Positions 20,043-30,149 of a DNA stretch of 64,000 nt are shown in pieces. The notes beneath the pieces are model-generated. The model did no database searches and was not told the DNA's origin. It saw only the letters and a list, made by a program, of their open reading frames with translations. Source of the stretch: an uncultured delta proteobacterium (GTDB lineage: Bacteria > Myxococcota > Myxococcia > SLRQ01); assembly GCA_963727485.1 (NCBI GenBank), contig CAVSGM010000002.1, positions 576,001 through 640,000 of the forward strand, read 5' to 3'. Made by a program: the position numbers and the translations under genes. Every line of letters begins with the position of its first letter. Positions within the stretch are counted from its first letter, which is position 1.

Positions 20043-21035
20043 GTGCCATCTTCTGAAACCGTGGCGAAGACCTCACGCGCCAGGTCGAGCAAGCTCGCCT
20101 ATGCCATCCGCCCCTACCTCGCCGACGACGCGGGGCCGGTGGTCTCCCTCGCCGAGGAGACGCGCGCCCTGGATCCCGGGGCGCCCCACCTCGACGCGGC
20201 CCGGTGGCGCTTCGTCTGCGCGGACCCCTACGCCGACCCCGAGGCCCACTTCCGGGTCGCCGAGTCCGACCGCGGGGACCTCCTCGGCGTGGCCTACCGC
20301 TTCGACCCGCCCCGCCCCGACGGCGGCAGCTACCGGGCGGCCTTCGTGGTGGTCCACCCGAAGTGGCGGCGAAAGGGCGTGGGCCGGGCCCTCTACGACG
20401 CCATCTGCACCGACGCCGCCGCCGCCGCCGGGGATCCGGGCTGGTACCTCACCAGCACCATCGACGAGGCGAGCAGCTCCGCCTGGCCCTTCGCCAAGTC
20501 GCTGGGGTTCAAGAAGGCCCAGAGCCTCCTGGTGATGGAGCGCGACCTCCCGGGCCGGCCGCTCCACGAGCCCGACTCGGACGCCCGCATCGAGCGCTTC
20601 CTCGGCGCCACCGCCTGGCAGGACTGGGCGGACATCCACAACTCGGCGTTCCAGGACGTGCCGTTTGCGGTCCGCCACGACGCCGACGCCCTGGAGAACA
20701 ACCGCCCCGACGACTTCCGCCCCGAGCACGTGCGCTTCGCCAAGCTCGGCGGCAAGCGCGTGGGCTACCTCTTCCTCCGGGAGACCACCACCGGGGGGTA
20801 CGTCGAGAGCATCGGCGTGCTCCCGGACATGCGGGGCCAGGGGGTGGGCACGGCGCTGCTGGTGGCGGCGCTCGAGTACCTGGTCGACCGGGGCCACCGC
20901 ACGGTGTCGCTCACGGTGGACGAGGGGAACAGCGCGGCGCTGAAGATGTACGCGCGGCTCGGGTTCGACGAGCAGTGCCGCCGGGCGCACCTGATGCGCA
21001 ACGGGAAGCCGCCCAGGCGGCGCCGGCGCAGCTGA
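20043..21035 (+). CDS. Tandem GNAT acetyltransferase
   Basis: Two acetyl-CoA motifs, VHPKWRRKGVG and VLPDMRGQGVG; NSAALKMYARLGF. Confidence 0.85.
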   Translation: MPSSETVAKTSRARSSKLAYAIRPYLADDAGPVVSLAEETRALDPGAPHLDAARWRFVCADPYADPEAHFRVAESDRGDLLGVAYRFDPPRPDGGSYRAAFVVVHPKWRRKGVGRALYDAICTDAAAAAGDPGWYLTSTIDEASSSAWPFAKSLGFKKAQSLLVMERDLPGRPLHEPDSDARIERFLGATAWQDWADIHNSAFQDVPFAVRHDADALENNRPDDFRPEHVRFAKLGGKRVGYLFLRETTTGGYVESIGVLPDMRGQGVGTALLVAALEYLVDRGHRTVSLTVDEGNSAALKMYARLGFDEQCRRAHLMRNGKPPRRRRRS

Positions 21036-21143
21036 CGGCGCCGGCAGGTCCGATCGCGGGACGGCGGAAGCCCCGGAGATCCGGCGGGATCTCCCCCGCC
21101 GGACCATGTTTTCCGCGCGCCCGGGCGCGCCGCGGGGATTCGC

Positions 21144-21172
21144 TTGACACTCCCTGGGGTCGCCGCTAGGTT
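21144..21172 (+). promoter_or_regulatory. Sigma70-type promoter of the tRNA
   Basis: TTGACA-17 bp-TAGGTT, ending 19 bp upstream of the tRNA. Confidence 0.65.
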
Positions 21173-21191
21173 ACGCGCCCATCGCGAATGA

Positions 21192-21265
<74 letters not shown>

Positions 21266-21267
21266 CT

Positions 21268-21304
21268 CGAAGGCCCCGTCGGAGACATGCCGACGGGGCC
21301 TTCG
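21268..21304 (+). terminator. Hairpin terminator after the tRNA
   Basis: CGAAGGCCCCGTCGG-agacatg-CCGACGGGGCCTTCG, a 15-bp stem. Confidence 0.75.
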
Positions 21305-21412
21305 GCCTATCTGGGGGTGGGCGGGCGGCGGCTGCCAGGAAGGAAGCCCCAGCGGCCCGCCCTCTTCCATCGGTGGTAGGCCCGAACCTCGAACGCCGGG
21401 TCGCTCACCGGC

Positions 21413-22898
21413 TCACGACTCCTCGGACGCTGCCAGTCTCTCGTCCGCGGCCTCCGAGTCAGCCTCGCTGACGTCCCCCTCACGACCGCCTGCCTGACCC
21501 CAGCGGGACCGCATGCGCTCGAACCGGTCCTTAGCCTGGACCACCACCGAGTCCTCAGGCGGCTCCTCCCGCTCAAGGTCCTCGCGCCGGAGGGCAACCG
21601 ACCGGCGGTACTGCTCGGCCTCGGCCACCCGCGTGAACTCGATCTCCGCGCCGTGATCGACCACCGCCTGCTCAATCTCCGTGAGGGAGACCTCGAAGAA
21701 CTCCTTGCGCTCGTTGATGAGGTTCAGCCGCCGCCCGGTGAAGCGCCGGTGGAGCGCCGCCTCGAGACCCGGCGCATCGTCGGAGTGGATCATCGCGTGG
21801 ACGTCGAACGGGAACGGCACGGAGGCGTCGCCCAGCTCCCGGACCCGGTCGAGTGGCTCGAGGCGCCGGGTCATCCCGATCTTGTAGACGCCCTCGCCGA
21901 ACGAACCGATGTTCGAGATCACGTAGACGTGCCCGGTCTTCGTGAGCTGGGCCTGGGAGATGGCGCGCTGCTTGTTGGCCTGGGCTTCCGCCAGCCTGGC
22001 CTGTAGCTCCGCGAGCTTCGCCTCGAGCTTTGCCTGCTTGGCGCCCTGGGCCGTCTCCAGCTCGCTGCGCGCCTGGGCCAGGGCCTTCTCGTAGCGCGCT
22101 TCCTCCTGCTCGGCCTTGGCCATGGCCTTCTCGTACTCCCGGCGGGCACGCTCCTCCTCACGCATCTCCTCGCGGATGCGGAGCTGCTCCTCCTTCTCGG
22201 CCTGCTTCTTCTCGGCGTACTCGTAGGCGAGCTTGAGCTCCCTGGAGCTTCAGCTTCAGGTAGGCATCGGTGATCTCGCACTGGTTGGTCTCACCGAGCT
22301 TGTTGATGGCCGTGAACGCCCGACGGATCCGCTCCTCCATGGCCCCCACGTTGTTGTACTTGACCCTGGCCACGGCAACGTCGCACTCACCGTTGAACGC
22401 TCGGAGCTGGAGCTTGAGCTGGCGCTTGATGAGCTTCTGCCCCTCGCGCTTGCTTCCCTGTACGGTCCACTCCACCCGGCCGATGGCGGCCTTGTCACCC
22501 TTCACCATCGCCTTCTGCTGGTCGCGGACCTTCTTGATCCTGGCCTTGTACTCATCGGACGTCCCGAACTCGAACTGCGGCTCATAGAGCCCGTAGGACT
22601 GGATCTCCACGGAGTCGCGCGCGAGATCGAGCTGGTGGTTGAGCGCCTTGAGCGCCTCGATGGTCTCGGTGAACTCCGTCTCCCACTTCTTCCTCTGATC
22701 CGCCTGGTCCGCGCGCAGCGTCTCGAGGCTCGCCGCCACCTCATCACGGTCGGACCGGAGCCGGCCGAGCTCGGCATCCATGTCGAGCACCGGCGCAAAT
22801 CGCTTGCGCACCTCGCGCAGCCTCAGCCACGTCCGCACCAGGAGCACCGCGAGCGCGAGAATGAGCAGAACCCCGCCGACCTCGAGACCGATCTGCAT
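21413..22898 (-). CDS. TM + coiled-coil + DUF4041 + T5orf172/MUG113 (GIY-YIG-like) protein, PD-lambda-1/SNIPE-like; frameshift near 22243
   Basis: N-terminal TM helix; YGLYEP, LRAFNGECD, GHVYVISNIGSFGEGVYKIGMTRR, DASVPFPFDVHA, RKEFF. Confidence 0.85.
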
Positions 22899-23073
22899 GC
22901 CTGATCCTCCCGTTCCCCCGAGCGGACAGCGTACCGCCCACCCGTGTCACCTCGGGACAATCATGACCAAGGGACCCATGGATCCAGGTAGGCCACCCTG
23001 GAACCCTGCTCGGGATCAGCTATCCGAACGGGCGGCCTGGGCACCCTGGCCCAGCACCTGCTACGAAGCCCCC

Positions 23074-23589
23074 ATGCTCCCACTCACCGACCCCCGCTGG
23101 CAGCAGCTCCAGGGCGGGTACCGCACGCCCATCGACGTCACGGTCCTTCAGCGCCTCGAGGCCGGCGACGAGGACGCCTGGGACGACCTGTGGGACGAGC
23201 TGCACCACCAGGGCGACGTGGGCGAGGCCTCCTACGCGGCGGTGCCCCACCTGGTGCGCATCGCCGCCGCCCTCCCCGCCCGCGACTGGAACTTCTACGG
23301 CCTGGTGTCCACCATCGAGATCGAGCGCCACCGGGTCACCAACCCGCCGCTCCCCGACTGGCTCCGGGACGACTACGACGCGGCGATCGACGAGCTGCTG
23401 CGCCTGGCCCTCGCGGACCTCGCCCACGAGGCGGATGCCCTCACCATCCAGAGCATCCTCGGAGCGGTGGCCCTCGCCCGCGGGGTCCTGGAGCTGGGCG
23501 CCTGGATCGCCACGACCGACGAGTCCGAGGTGGCGTACGCCCTCGAGAACCACCTGGGGTGGATGCGGTCCTATCGGCACGACCGCTAG
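23074..23589 (+). CDS. Conserved hypothetical helical protein
   Basis: LTDPRW..LQGGY, LWDELHHQGDVGEASYAAVPHL. Confidence 0.7.
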   Translation: MLPLTDPRWQQLQGGYRTPIDVTVLQRLEAGDEDAWDDLWDELHHQGDVGEASYAAVPHLVRIAAALPARDWNFYGLVSTIEIERHRVTNPPLPDWLRDDYDAAIDELLRLALADLAHEADALTIQSILGAVALARGVLELGAWIATTDESEVAYALENHLGWMRSYRHDR

Positions 23590-23658
23590 CCAGGGGCCCG
23601 CTGTCGGAGGCCCCGGGCGGAACCGTGCGAGACGGGGCCTGCGGTAACATCCCCGATC

Positions 23659-26600
23659 GTGCCCCGCGCCCCTGCAGACCTGGTCCCCGGCCTCCACGAG
23701 CGCGTCGTCACCGAGCGCCTCGCCGAGGCCCTCGAGGCCCTGCGCGACCTCGCCGCCGAGACGGGTCGCATCGACACCGCCGAGGCGCACCGGGTCCTCG
23801 GCCGGCACCTCGCCGGGGTGCTCACCGGGGCGCTGAAGGCCGTCCCCGAGCGCCACCGGCCCGAGGGCCAGCTGCGCCTGGTGAACCGCGTCCTCGAGAT
23901 CGTCCGCGAGGAGGTCCCCGGCTACCTCGACGATCCCGCAGAGGTGCGAAACGAGCTGCTCCTGGCGCTCACCCGACCCGACGCGGTCACCGGCGCCGCC
24001 GCCCCACCCCGCCCGGGGATCCCGCTGTCCCAGAGCGCGCTGTTGGTCAACGCCCCCGGCGAGCACCGCATCGGGGTGGAGCTCGCCCGGGAGCTCGACT
24101 CCGCCGACGCCGTGGACCTGCTGGTGGCCTTCGTGAAGTGGTCCGGGTTCGTGCGCCTGCGCGAGGCCCTGACGCGCCTCGCCGCCCGGGGCCGGCGCCT
24201 GCGCATCATCACCACCGCCTACACCGGCGCCACCGACCGCCGCGCCGTCGACGCCCTGGCGGCCCTGGGCGCCGAGGTGAAGGTCTCCTACGACACGCGG
24301 CGCACCCGCCTCCACGCCAAGGCCTGGCTCTTCCACCGGGACAGCGGCTTCTCCACCGGCTACGTGGGCTCCTCGAACCTCTCCCACGCGGCGCTCACCG
24401 ACGGCCTGGAGTGGAACGTGCGCCTGACGCAGGTGGACACCTCGGCGGTGCTCGCCAAGTTCGAGGCGGCCTTCGAGAGCTACTGGGACGACCCGGAGTT
24501 CGAGCGCCTACGACCCGAACCGAGACGCGAAGCGGCTCGACCGGGCGCTCAAGGACGAGCGGCCCGCGGACCTGGGCCCGGCCATCACCTTCGACCTCTC
24601 GCCCTACCCGTTCCAGCAGGAGATCCTCGAGCGCCTGGACAGCGAGCGCGAAGGCCACGGCCGGCACAAGAACCTGGTGGTCGCCGCCACCGGCACCGGC
24701 AAGACCCTGGTCGCCGCCTTCGACTACCGGCGCCTCGCCGAAGGCGGCAAGCCCCCGAGCCTGCTCTTCGTCGCCCACCGCAAGGAGATCCTCAAGCAGA
24801 GCCGGGATGCGTTCCGGGCCGTGCTCCGGGACCGCACCTTCGGCGAGCTGAGGGTCGACGGCGCGCGCCCGGAGGCCGGCCGCCACGTCTTCGCCTCGGT
24901 GCAGTCGCTCGCGAACGTCGACCTCGGGCTGCTTCCGCCCGACCGCTACGAAGTCGTCATCGTCGACGAGTTCCACCACGCCGCCGCCGACACCTACCGG
25001 CGGCTCCTGGATCACCTGAAGCCCCGGGAGCTCCTCGGCCTCACCGCCACCCCCGAGCGCGCCGACGGCGAGAGCGTCCTCGGCTGGTTCGACGGGCGCA
25101 TCGCCGCCGAGCTGCGCCTCTGGGACGCCATCGACCGGGGGCTCCTGGCCCCGTTCCAGTACTTCGGCGTCCCCGACGGCACCGACCTCTCGGGCCTCAC
25201 CTGGCGCCGGGGCTACGTGCCCGAGCGAGCTCGACGACGTCTACACCGGCGACCACGCCCGGGCCCGGCGGATCCGCGACGCGGTGGAGGACCACGTCCT
25301 CGACGCCCGGCGGATGCGCGCCCTGGGCTTCTGCGCCGGGATCGCCCACGCCGAGTTCATGGCCCGCGAGCTCACCCGCCTGGGCCTCCCGGCGCTGGCG
25401 CTCACCGGCGCCACCCCGCGGGACCAGCGCGACGCCGCCGTGGGCCGCCTGCGCCGCCGGGAGGTGAACGCCCTGTTCACCGTGGACCTGTTCAACGAGG
25501 GCGTCGACATCCCCGAGGTCGACACCCTGCTCTTCCTCCGCCCCACCGAGAGCGCCACCGTCTTCCTCCAGCAGCTCGGCCGGGGCCTGCGCCTCCACCC
25601 CGACAAGCCGAGCGTCACCGTCCTCGACCTGGTGGGCCGGGCCCACCGGCGCTACCGCTTCGACGTGCGCTACCGGGCCCTCACCGGCGCCAGCCGCGCG
25701 CGCCTCGTCCGCGACGTGGAGGACGGGTTCCCCACCCTCCCCGCCGGCTGCTCGGTGCAGCTCGAGCGCGAGGCCCAGGCCCACGTCCTGGCGAACCTCA
25801 AGGAGAACCTCTCGACGAGCACCGCGCGCCTGGTCGAGGAGCTGCGCGCCGCCGGCCCGCCGGGCACCGTGGACCTGGCGACGTTCCTCCGGGAGACCGG
25901 CGTCGAGCTCGAGGACGTGTACCGCAGCGGGCGCACCTGGTCGGCCCTGAAGCGCGCCGCCGGCGTGGAGACGCCCGCCCCCGGCCCCGACGAGAAGGTC
26001 CTCGCGCGGGGCCTCGGGCGCCTGCTCCACCTCGACGACCCCCTGCGTCTGGCGCTCTACCGCCAGGGCCTCGCGGCCCCGAAGCCCCCCCGGGACCTGG
26101 GCGACGCCCGCACCGGGCGCCTGTGGCTGATGCTGGTGAGCGTGCTGCTCGACCGGCAGCGCGCCGGCAGCGTCGCCGACGACCTGGCGCGCCTCTGGGA
26201 CCACCCGGCCCTGCGCGCCGAGCTCCTGGAGGTCCTGGCGATCCTCGACGACCGCACCACCCACGTGCCCCGCGTGAGCGGCCTCGACCCGGCGGTGCCG
26301 CTGATGGTCCACGCCCACTACGCCCTCGGCGAGATCATGGCCGGCTTCGGGCTCGTCGGGGACAGCGGCCAGGTGATCCGCCCCCAGTCGGGCATCTACC
26401 GGGACCGCGCGGGCACCCACTCGGACCTCATCTTCGTCACCCTGAACAAGTCCGAGCGCGACTACTCACCCACCACCATGTACGAGGACTACGCCATCTC
26501 CCCGACGCGCTTCCACTGGCAGTCGGAGAACACGGCGACGCCCGCGCGCGGCACCGGCAGGCGCTACGTCGAGCACCGGGCCCTGGGCGTCACCCCGCTC

Positions 26601-26774
26601 CTCTTCGTCCGCGAGGCCCGCAAGGACGCCCGCGGCGCCACCGCCCCCTACCTCTTCCTCGGCCCCGCCGACCTCGAGTCCCACCACGGCGAGCGGCCCA
26701 TGAACATCGTGTGGAAGCTGAAGGTGCCCATGCCGGCCGACGCCTTCCAGGTGGCCACGGTCGCCGCGGGGTGA
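23659..26774 (+). CDS. PLD nuclease-SF2 helicase-DUF3427 protein (SauUSI-like type IV restriction candidate); frameshifts near 24510 and 25225
   Basis: LHAKAW...GSSNLS...EWN (PLD); ATGTGKT, DEFHH, GLTATPER, FNEGVD, QQLGRGLR (helicase); FVTLNK..YEDYAISPTRFHWQSEN (DUF3427). Confidence 0.88.
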
Positions 26775-26875
26775 CCGCACCCCGCGCCGCCGGGTCCGGG
26801 ATCTCCCCGTATCGGATCCGCCCCTCCCCCGAATGGCATAGTCGACCCGTGGCGGGGGCACGACACACCAAGGGC

Positions 26876-27400
26876 GTGAACATCGTCGACCTGGTGCGCA
26901 CCCTCCACCACCTCCGCAAGGAGGGCCACCTCCCGACCCTGCCCCCCGAGGAGGCCCGCTACCTGGACGAGCGGATCCTGGTCTCGGCGTGGTACCCCTT
27001 CGATGACTTCCTCGCCCTGCTCCGGCGCATCCACGGGGCCCAAGGCGGCTCGGACCTCGCCGCCGAGGAGATGGGCAGGTACGCCGCCCAGGCGGCCCTC
27101 ACCGGGGTCCACAAGATCTTCCTGCGCGACGGCGACCCCACGGCCACGGTGCGGAGCCTGGGGGCCATCTGGAAGGGGCAGTTCGATTTCGGGGCGTCCC
27201 GGATCGAGGTCCGCGACGGTCAGACCATCAACGTCCTCGAGGGCTACCCGGACATGAGCCGGCTCCACTCCCTGGTGACCCTCGGCTGGATTCGCGAGGC
27301 GGTGCGCCTCGCGGGCGGCGACCCCACCGGGGTGCGGATCCTGGCGGCGCCCCACAGCGGTGGTGAGCGGCTGGAGATCGCCCTCGGGGTCCACGGGTAG
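26876..27400 (+). CDS. Hypothetical protein (DUF2378/TIGR02265-like)
   Basis: RILVSAWYPF, GVHKIFLR, GWIREAVRLAG pattern typical of myxobacterial proteins (recognition, not searched). Confidence 0.55.
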   Translation: MNIVDLVRTLHHLRKEGHLPTLPPEEARYLDERILVSAWYPFDDFLALLRRIHGAQGGSDLAAEEMGRYAAQAALTGVHKIFLRDGDPTATVRSLGAIWKGQFDFGASRIEVRDGQTINVLEGYPDMSRLHSLVTLGWIREAVRLAGGDPTGVRILAAPHSGGERLEIALGVHG

Positions 27401-27455
27401 CCCCGGCGGCGAAAACCGGTGCGCAGGTGGACCCCGGCGGGATAGGGTCCGCGGG

Positions 27456-29405
27456 ATGCGCCCCATCCGCCGATTCGCGCCCCTCGCCCTTGCCGTGATC
27501 CTCGCCGCCTGCGCCTCGGCGGGAGGCGCCGGGGTGCGCGACGGCGGCGGGATGTCGACCGACGGCGGGACGCACACCGACGGCGGGACGCACACCGACG
27601 GCGGGACGCACACCGACGGCGGCACCCCGGCCGCCGACCGGGAGACCACCCTGGTCCACGACCTCACCGCCGGCGACGACCTGCTCCTGCGCACCCGCCC
27701 GGGCCTGGTCGAGGCGAAGTACGCCGCCATGGCGAGCGACCTCTACGCCTACTACCGGGGCAACGCCGCCAGCTTCGCCGCCGACGTCCGGCGCGGCGCC
27801 ATGCCCGCGTTCCAGACGCCCTTCGGCGCCGCGGATGTCCAGGTGGCCTCCTCCGGCGACGCCCACTTCGAGAACTTCGGCCTCCTCCTCGCCGGCGACG
27901 GGACCTTCGCCCTCGAGCCCAACGACCTCGACGCCGCCGACCGCTACCCCTGGCTCTGGGACCTCCAGCGGATGACCACCGGCCTGGTCCTCGCCGCCCG
28001 GGCCACCGCCGCCTCCGCGGCCAGGGACGTCGCCGCCGCCGCGCTCACCGCCTACGACCAGGAGATCCGGCGCCTCGCCCAGGGAGGCGCCCCAGCGCGG
28101 ATCGACGGCGACGGCGGCAACCCCATCCTCGCCGACGCCTTCTCCCGCGCCGCCCGGGACCTCGCCGACCGCCGGGAGCTCACCGACGACACCGTGGTCA
28201 GCGGCACCACCCGGACCTTCCGCCTCGGCGTCCTCGACCCGGCGTCGCCCGACCAGCGCCAGGTGTCCGTCGAGGCCGCCGACCGCGCCGCCGTCGACGC
28301 CACCCTCGCCGAGTGGAACGCCCACCTCGCCGCCCCGCTGCCGGCGGCGAACCTCCAGGTCCTCGACGTGGTCCGGGCCCTGGGCCACGGGGTCGCCAGC
28401 CGCCCACGTCTGCGCCTCCTGGTCCTCATCCAAGGCCCCACCAGCGCCGTGGACGACGACGTCATCCTGGAGATCAAGGAGGAGGCGGCGGGCACGCCCT
28501 CGCCCGTCGGGGCCGCCTTCGCCGATCCCCAGGCGCGCCTGCGCACCCTCGTGGGCACCCTCCTCGCCCGGGCCGACAGCGCGCCCACCTGGGGCGCCGC
28601 CACCTACGAGGGCCTGCCGGTCCAGGTCCGCGCCGAGCGCGCCTGCGAGAAGACCCTCCGGGTCCACCGCCTCGTCGGGGCCCGGGGCACCCCCGCCGCC
28701 CTCGAGGGCGTCGCCGCCGTCCTCGGGCGCCTCCTGGCGCGGATGCACGCTTCGGCGCTCCCCGGCGGCCAGAGCCCCGCGGCGCGGATCGTCGCCGCCC
28801 TCGACACCGACCCGAGCCACTTCGTCTCCGCCCTCGCCGACGCCGCGGTCGCCTACGCCGACCGGGTCACCTCGGACCAGGCCCTGTTCAGGGACGCCCT
28901 GGCGACCGAGGGCCCGCGCCTCGGGGTCACCGCCACCGAGCTCTCGGTGAACGAGGTCGCCGTCGACGGCCCGGACTGGATTGAGCTCGCCGCCGGCACC
29001 GCCGGGCCCTTCGTGGACCTGACGGACCTCGCCATCACCGACTCCGACGGCGCCGGGGCACCGAACGGCGCCCACGCCGTCGCCCTCCCCGACGGCCTGC
29101 GGATCCCCGCCGGGGGCTACTTCCTGGTGCTGGCCAAGGTGAGCGCGCCGGTCGCCGGCATCACCCCGGACTGCACCCTCGCTGGCGTCCCGGCGTGCGT
29201 GCAGGTGGGCTTCGGGCTCTCCGGGTCCGCCGGGGACGGGGCCTTCGTCCTCGACGCCAGCGCCGGGACCGTCGCCTCGGCCGCCGTCCCCGCCGGGGCC
29301 GTGCCCGCGGGCTCGGGGCGCACCTTTGGACGCGTGCCCGACCGCACCGGGGCCCTTGGCCTCACCCAGGCCACCCCCGACGCGGCGAACCGCGCGGCGC
29401 CCTAG
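27456..29405 (+). CDS. Exported lipoprotein with DUF2252 (kinase-like) domain and C-terminal lamin-tail domain
   Basis: Lipobox LAAC; KYAAM..AYYRG, GDAHFENFG, NDLD, WDLQR, LEIKE; C-terminal VNEV..DWIEL..GRVPD..TPDAAN. Confidence 0.75.
   Translation: MRPIRRFAPLALAVILAACASAGGAGVRDGGGMSTDGGTHTDGGTHTDGGTHTDGGTPAADRETTLVHDLTAGDDLLLRTRPGLVEAKYAAMASDLYAYYRGNAASFAADVRRGAMPAFQTPFGAADVQVASSGDAHFENFGLLLAGDGTFALEPNDLDAADRYPWLWDLQRMTTGLVLAARATAASAARDVAAAALTAYDQEIRRLAQGGAPARIDGDGGNPILADAFSRAARDLADRRELTDDTVVSGTTRTFRLGVLDPASPDQRQVSVEAADRAAVDATLAEWNAHLAAPLPAANLQVLDVVRALGHGVASRPRLRLLVLIQGPTSAVDDDVILEIKEEAAGTPSPVGAAFADPQARLRTLVGTLLARADSAPTWGAATYEGLPVQVRAERACEKTLRVHRLVGARGTPAALEGVAAVLGRLLARMHASALPGGQSPAARIVAALDTDPSHFVSALADAAVAYADRVTSDQALFRDALATEGPRLGVTATELSVNEVAVDGPDWIELAAGTAGPFVDLTDLAITDSDGAGAPNGAHAVALPDGLRIPAGGYFLVLAKVSAPVAGITPDCTLAGVPACVQVGFGLSGSAGDGAFVLDASAGTVASAAVPAGAVPAGSGRTFGRVPDRTGALGLTQATPDAANRAAP
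27558..27622 (+). repeat. 18-bp coding tandem repeat (TDGGTH), about 3.6 copies
   Basis: ACCGACGGCGGGACGCAC repeated. Confidence 0.9.
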
Positions 29406-30070
29406 AACACCCCCGGCACCAGGCGCCACCGCACCCGGCGGGCGTAGTCGGCGTAGCCGGCGAGGCCCCGGCGGAGCATCCGGTCCTCGAGGAAGGTCCG
29501 GGCGCCGATCCAGAGCACCGCCACCGCCGCCGCGTCGAAGGCCCACACCTGGCGGAGCAGCAGCGGTGTCCCCGCGGCCCACAGCGCCAGGCCCAGATAC
29601 CCCGGGTGGCGCACCACCGCGTAGGGCCCGGTGTCGATCACCGTCTGGCCGCGGTCGGCCTGGAGCCTCGCGGTCCCCTCGAAGAAGGGGTTCCGGGCCA
29701 TGGCCCGCGCCGAGATCCCGAAGCCCAAACCCAGGACCGCGGCGCCGGCGGCCCAGGTCCACGCCGGGAGCGTCGCCCCGTGGCGGCGGAACCCCAGGGC
29801 CCCCACCACGGCGGCGCTGCCCATCACCGGCCAGAAGAGGAGGTTCCACACCACGTCCCACGCCGGGGTCCCGGGGCCGACCGACCGCCGCGCGGCGCGA
29901 AGCCCCGGGGCCCGGTGGCGCACGTAGACCTGGTGGCCCAGAAGGCAGGCGAGGAGCACCCCCAGGTGCACCCAGCCGCTCGCCCAGCCGAGGCCGGCGA
30001 CGGCGAAGGGCGCCACCGCCCAGGCGAGGTACACGAGGCCGATCCACGCGGCGAGGAGCACCTGGCCCAT
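29402..30070 (-). CDS. Isoprenylcysteine carboxyl methyltransferase family membrane protein
   Basis: NPFFEG, VIDTGPYAVVRHPGY, EDRML, GYADYARRVRWRLVPGVF. Confidence 0.85.
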   Translation of the reverse strand: MGQVLLAAWIGLVYLAWAVAPFAVAGLGWASGWVHLGVLLACLLGHQVYVRHRAPGLRAARRSVGPGTPAWDVVWNLLFWPVMGSAAVVGALGFRRHGATLPAWTWAAGAAVLGLGFGISARAMARNPFFEGTARLQADRGQTVIDTGPYAVVRHPGYLGLALWAAGTPLLLRQVWAFDAAAVAVLWIGARTFLEDRMLRRGLAGYADYARRVRWRLVPGVF

Positions 30071-30149
30071 GGCCCGAAGCCTAGCGCCCGCGGAGGCCGG
30101 TGGCACGGCCCACGCTTGCGGACCGGGCGTCCAGGCCGTACACAGCGCC

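Noticed and set aside
21318..21362. SRP RNA-like GGAAGGAAGC hairpin
   Set aside because: Lacks the CAGGTCCGGAAGGAAGCAGC core and the required length; more likely a simple hairpin
27558..27622. Tandem repeat as CRISPR or regulatory array
   Set aside because: No spacers; it is an in-frame linker of a lipoprotein
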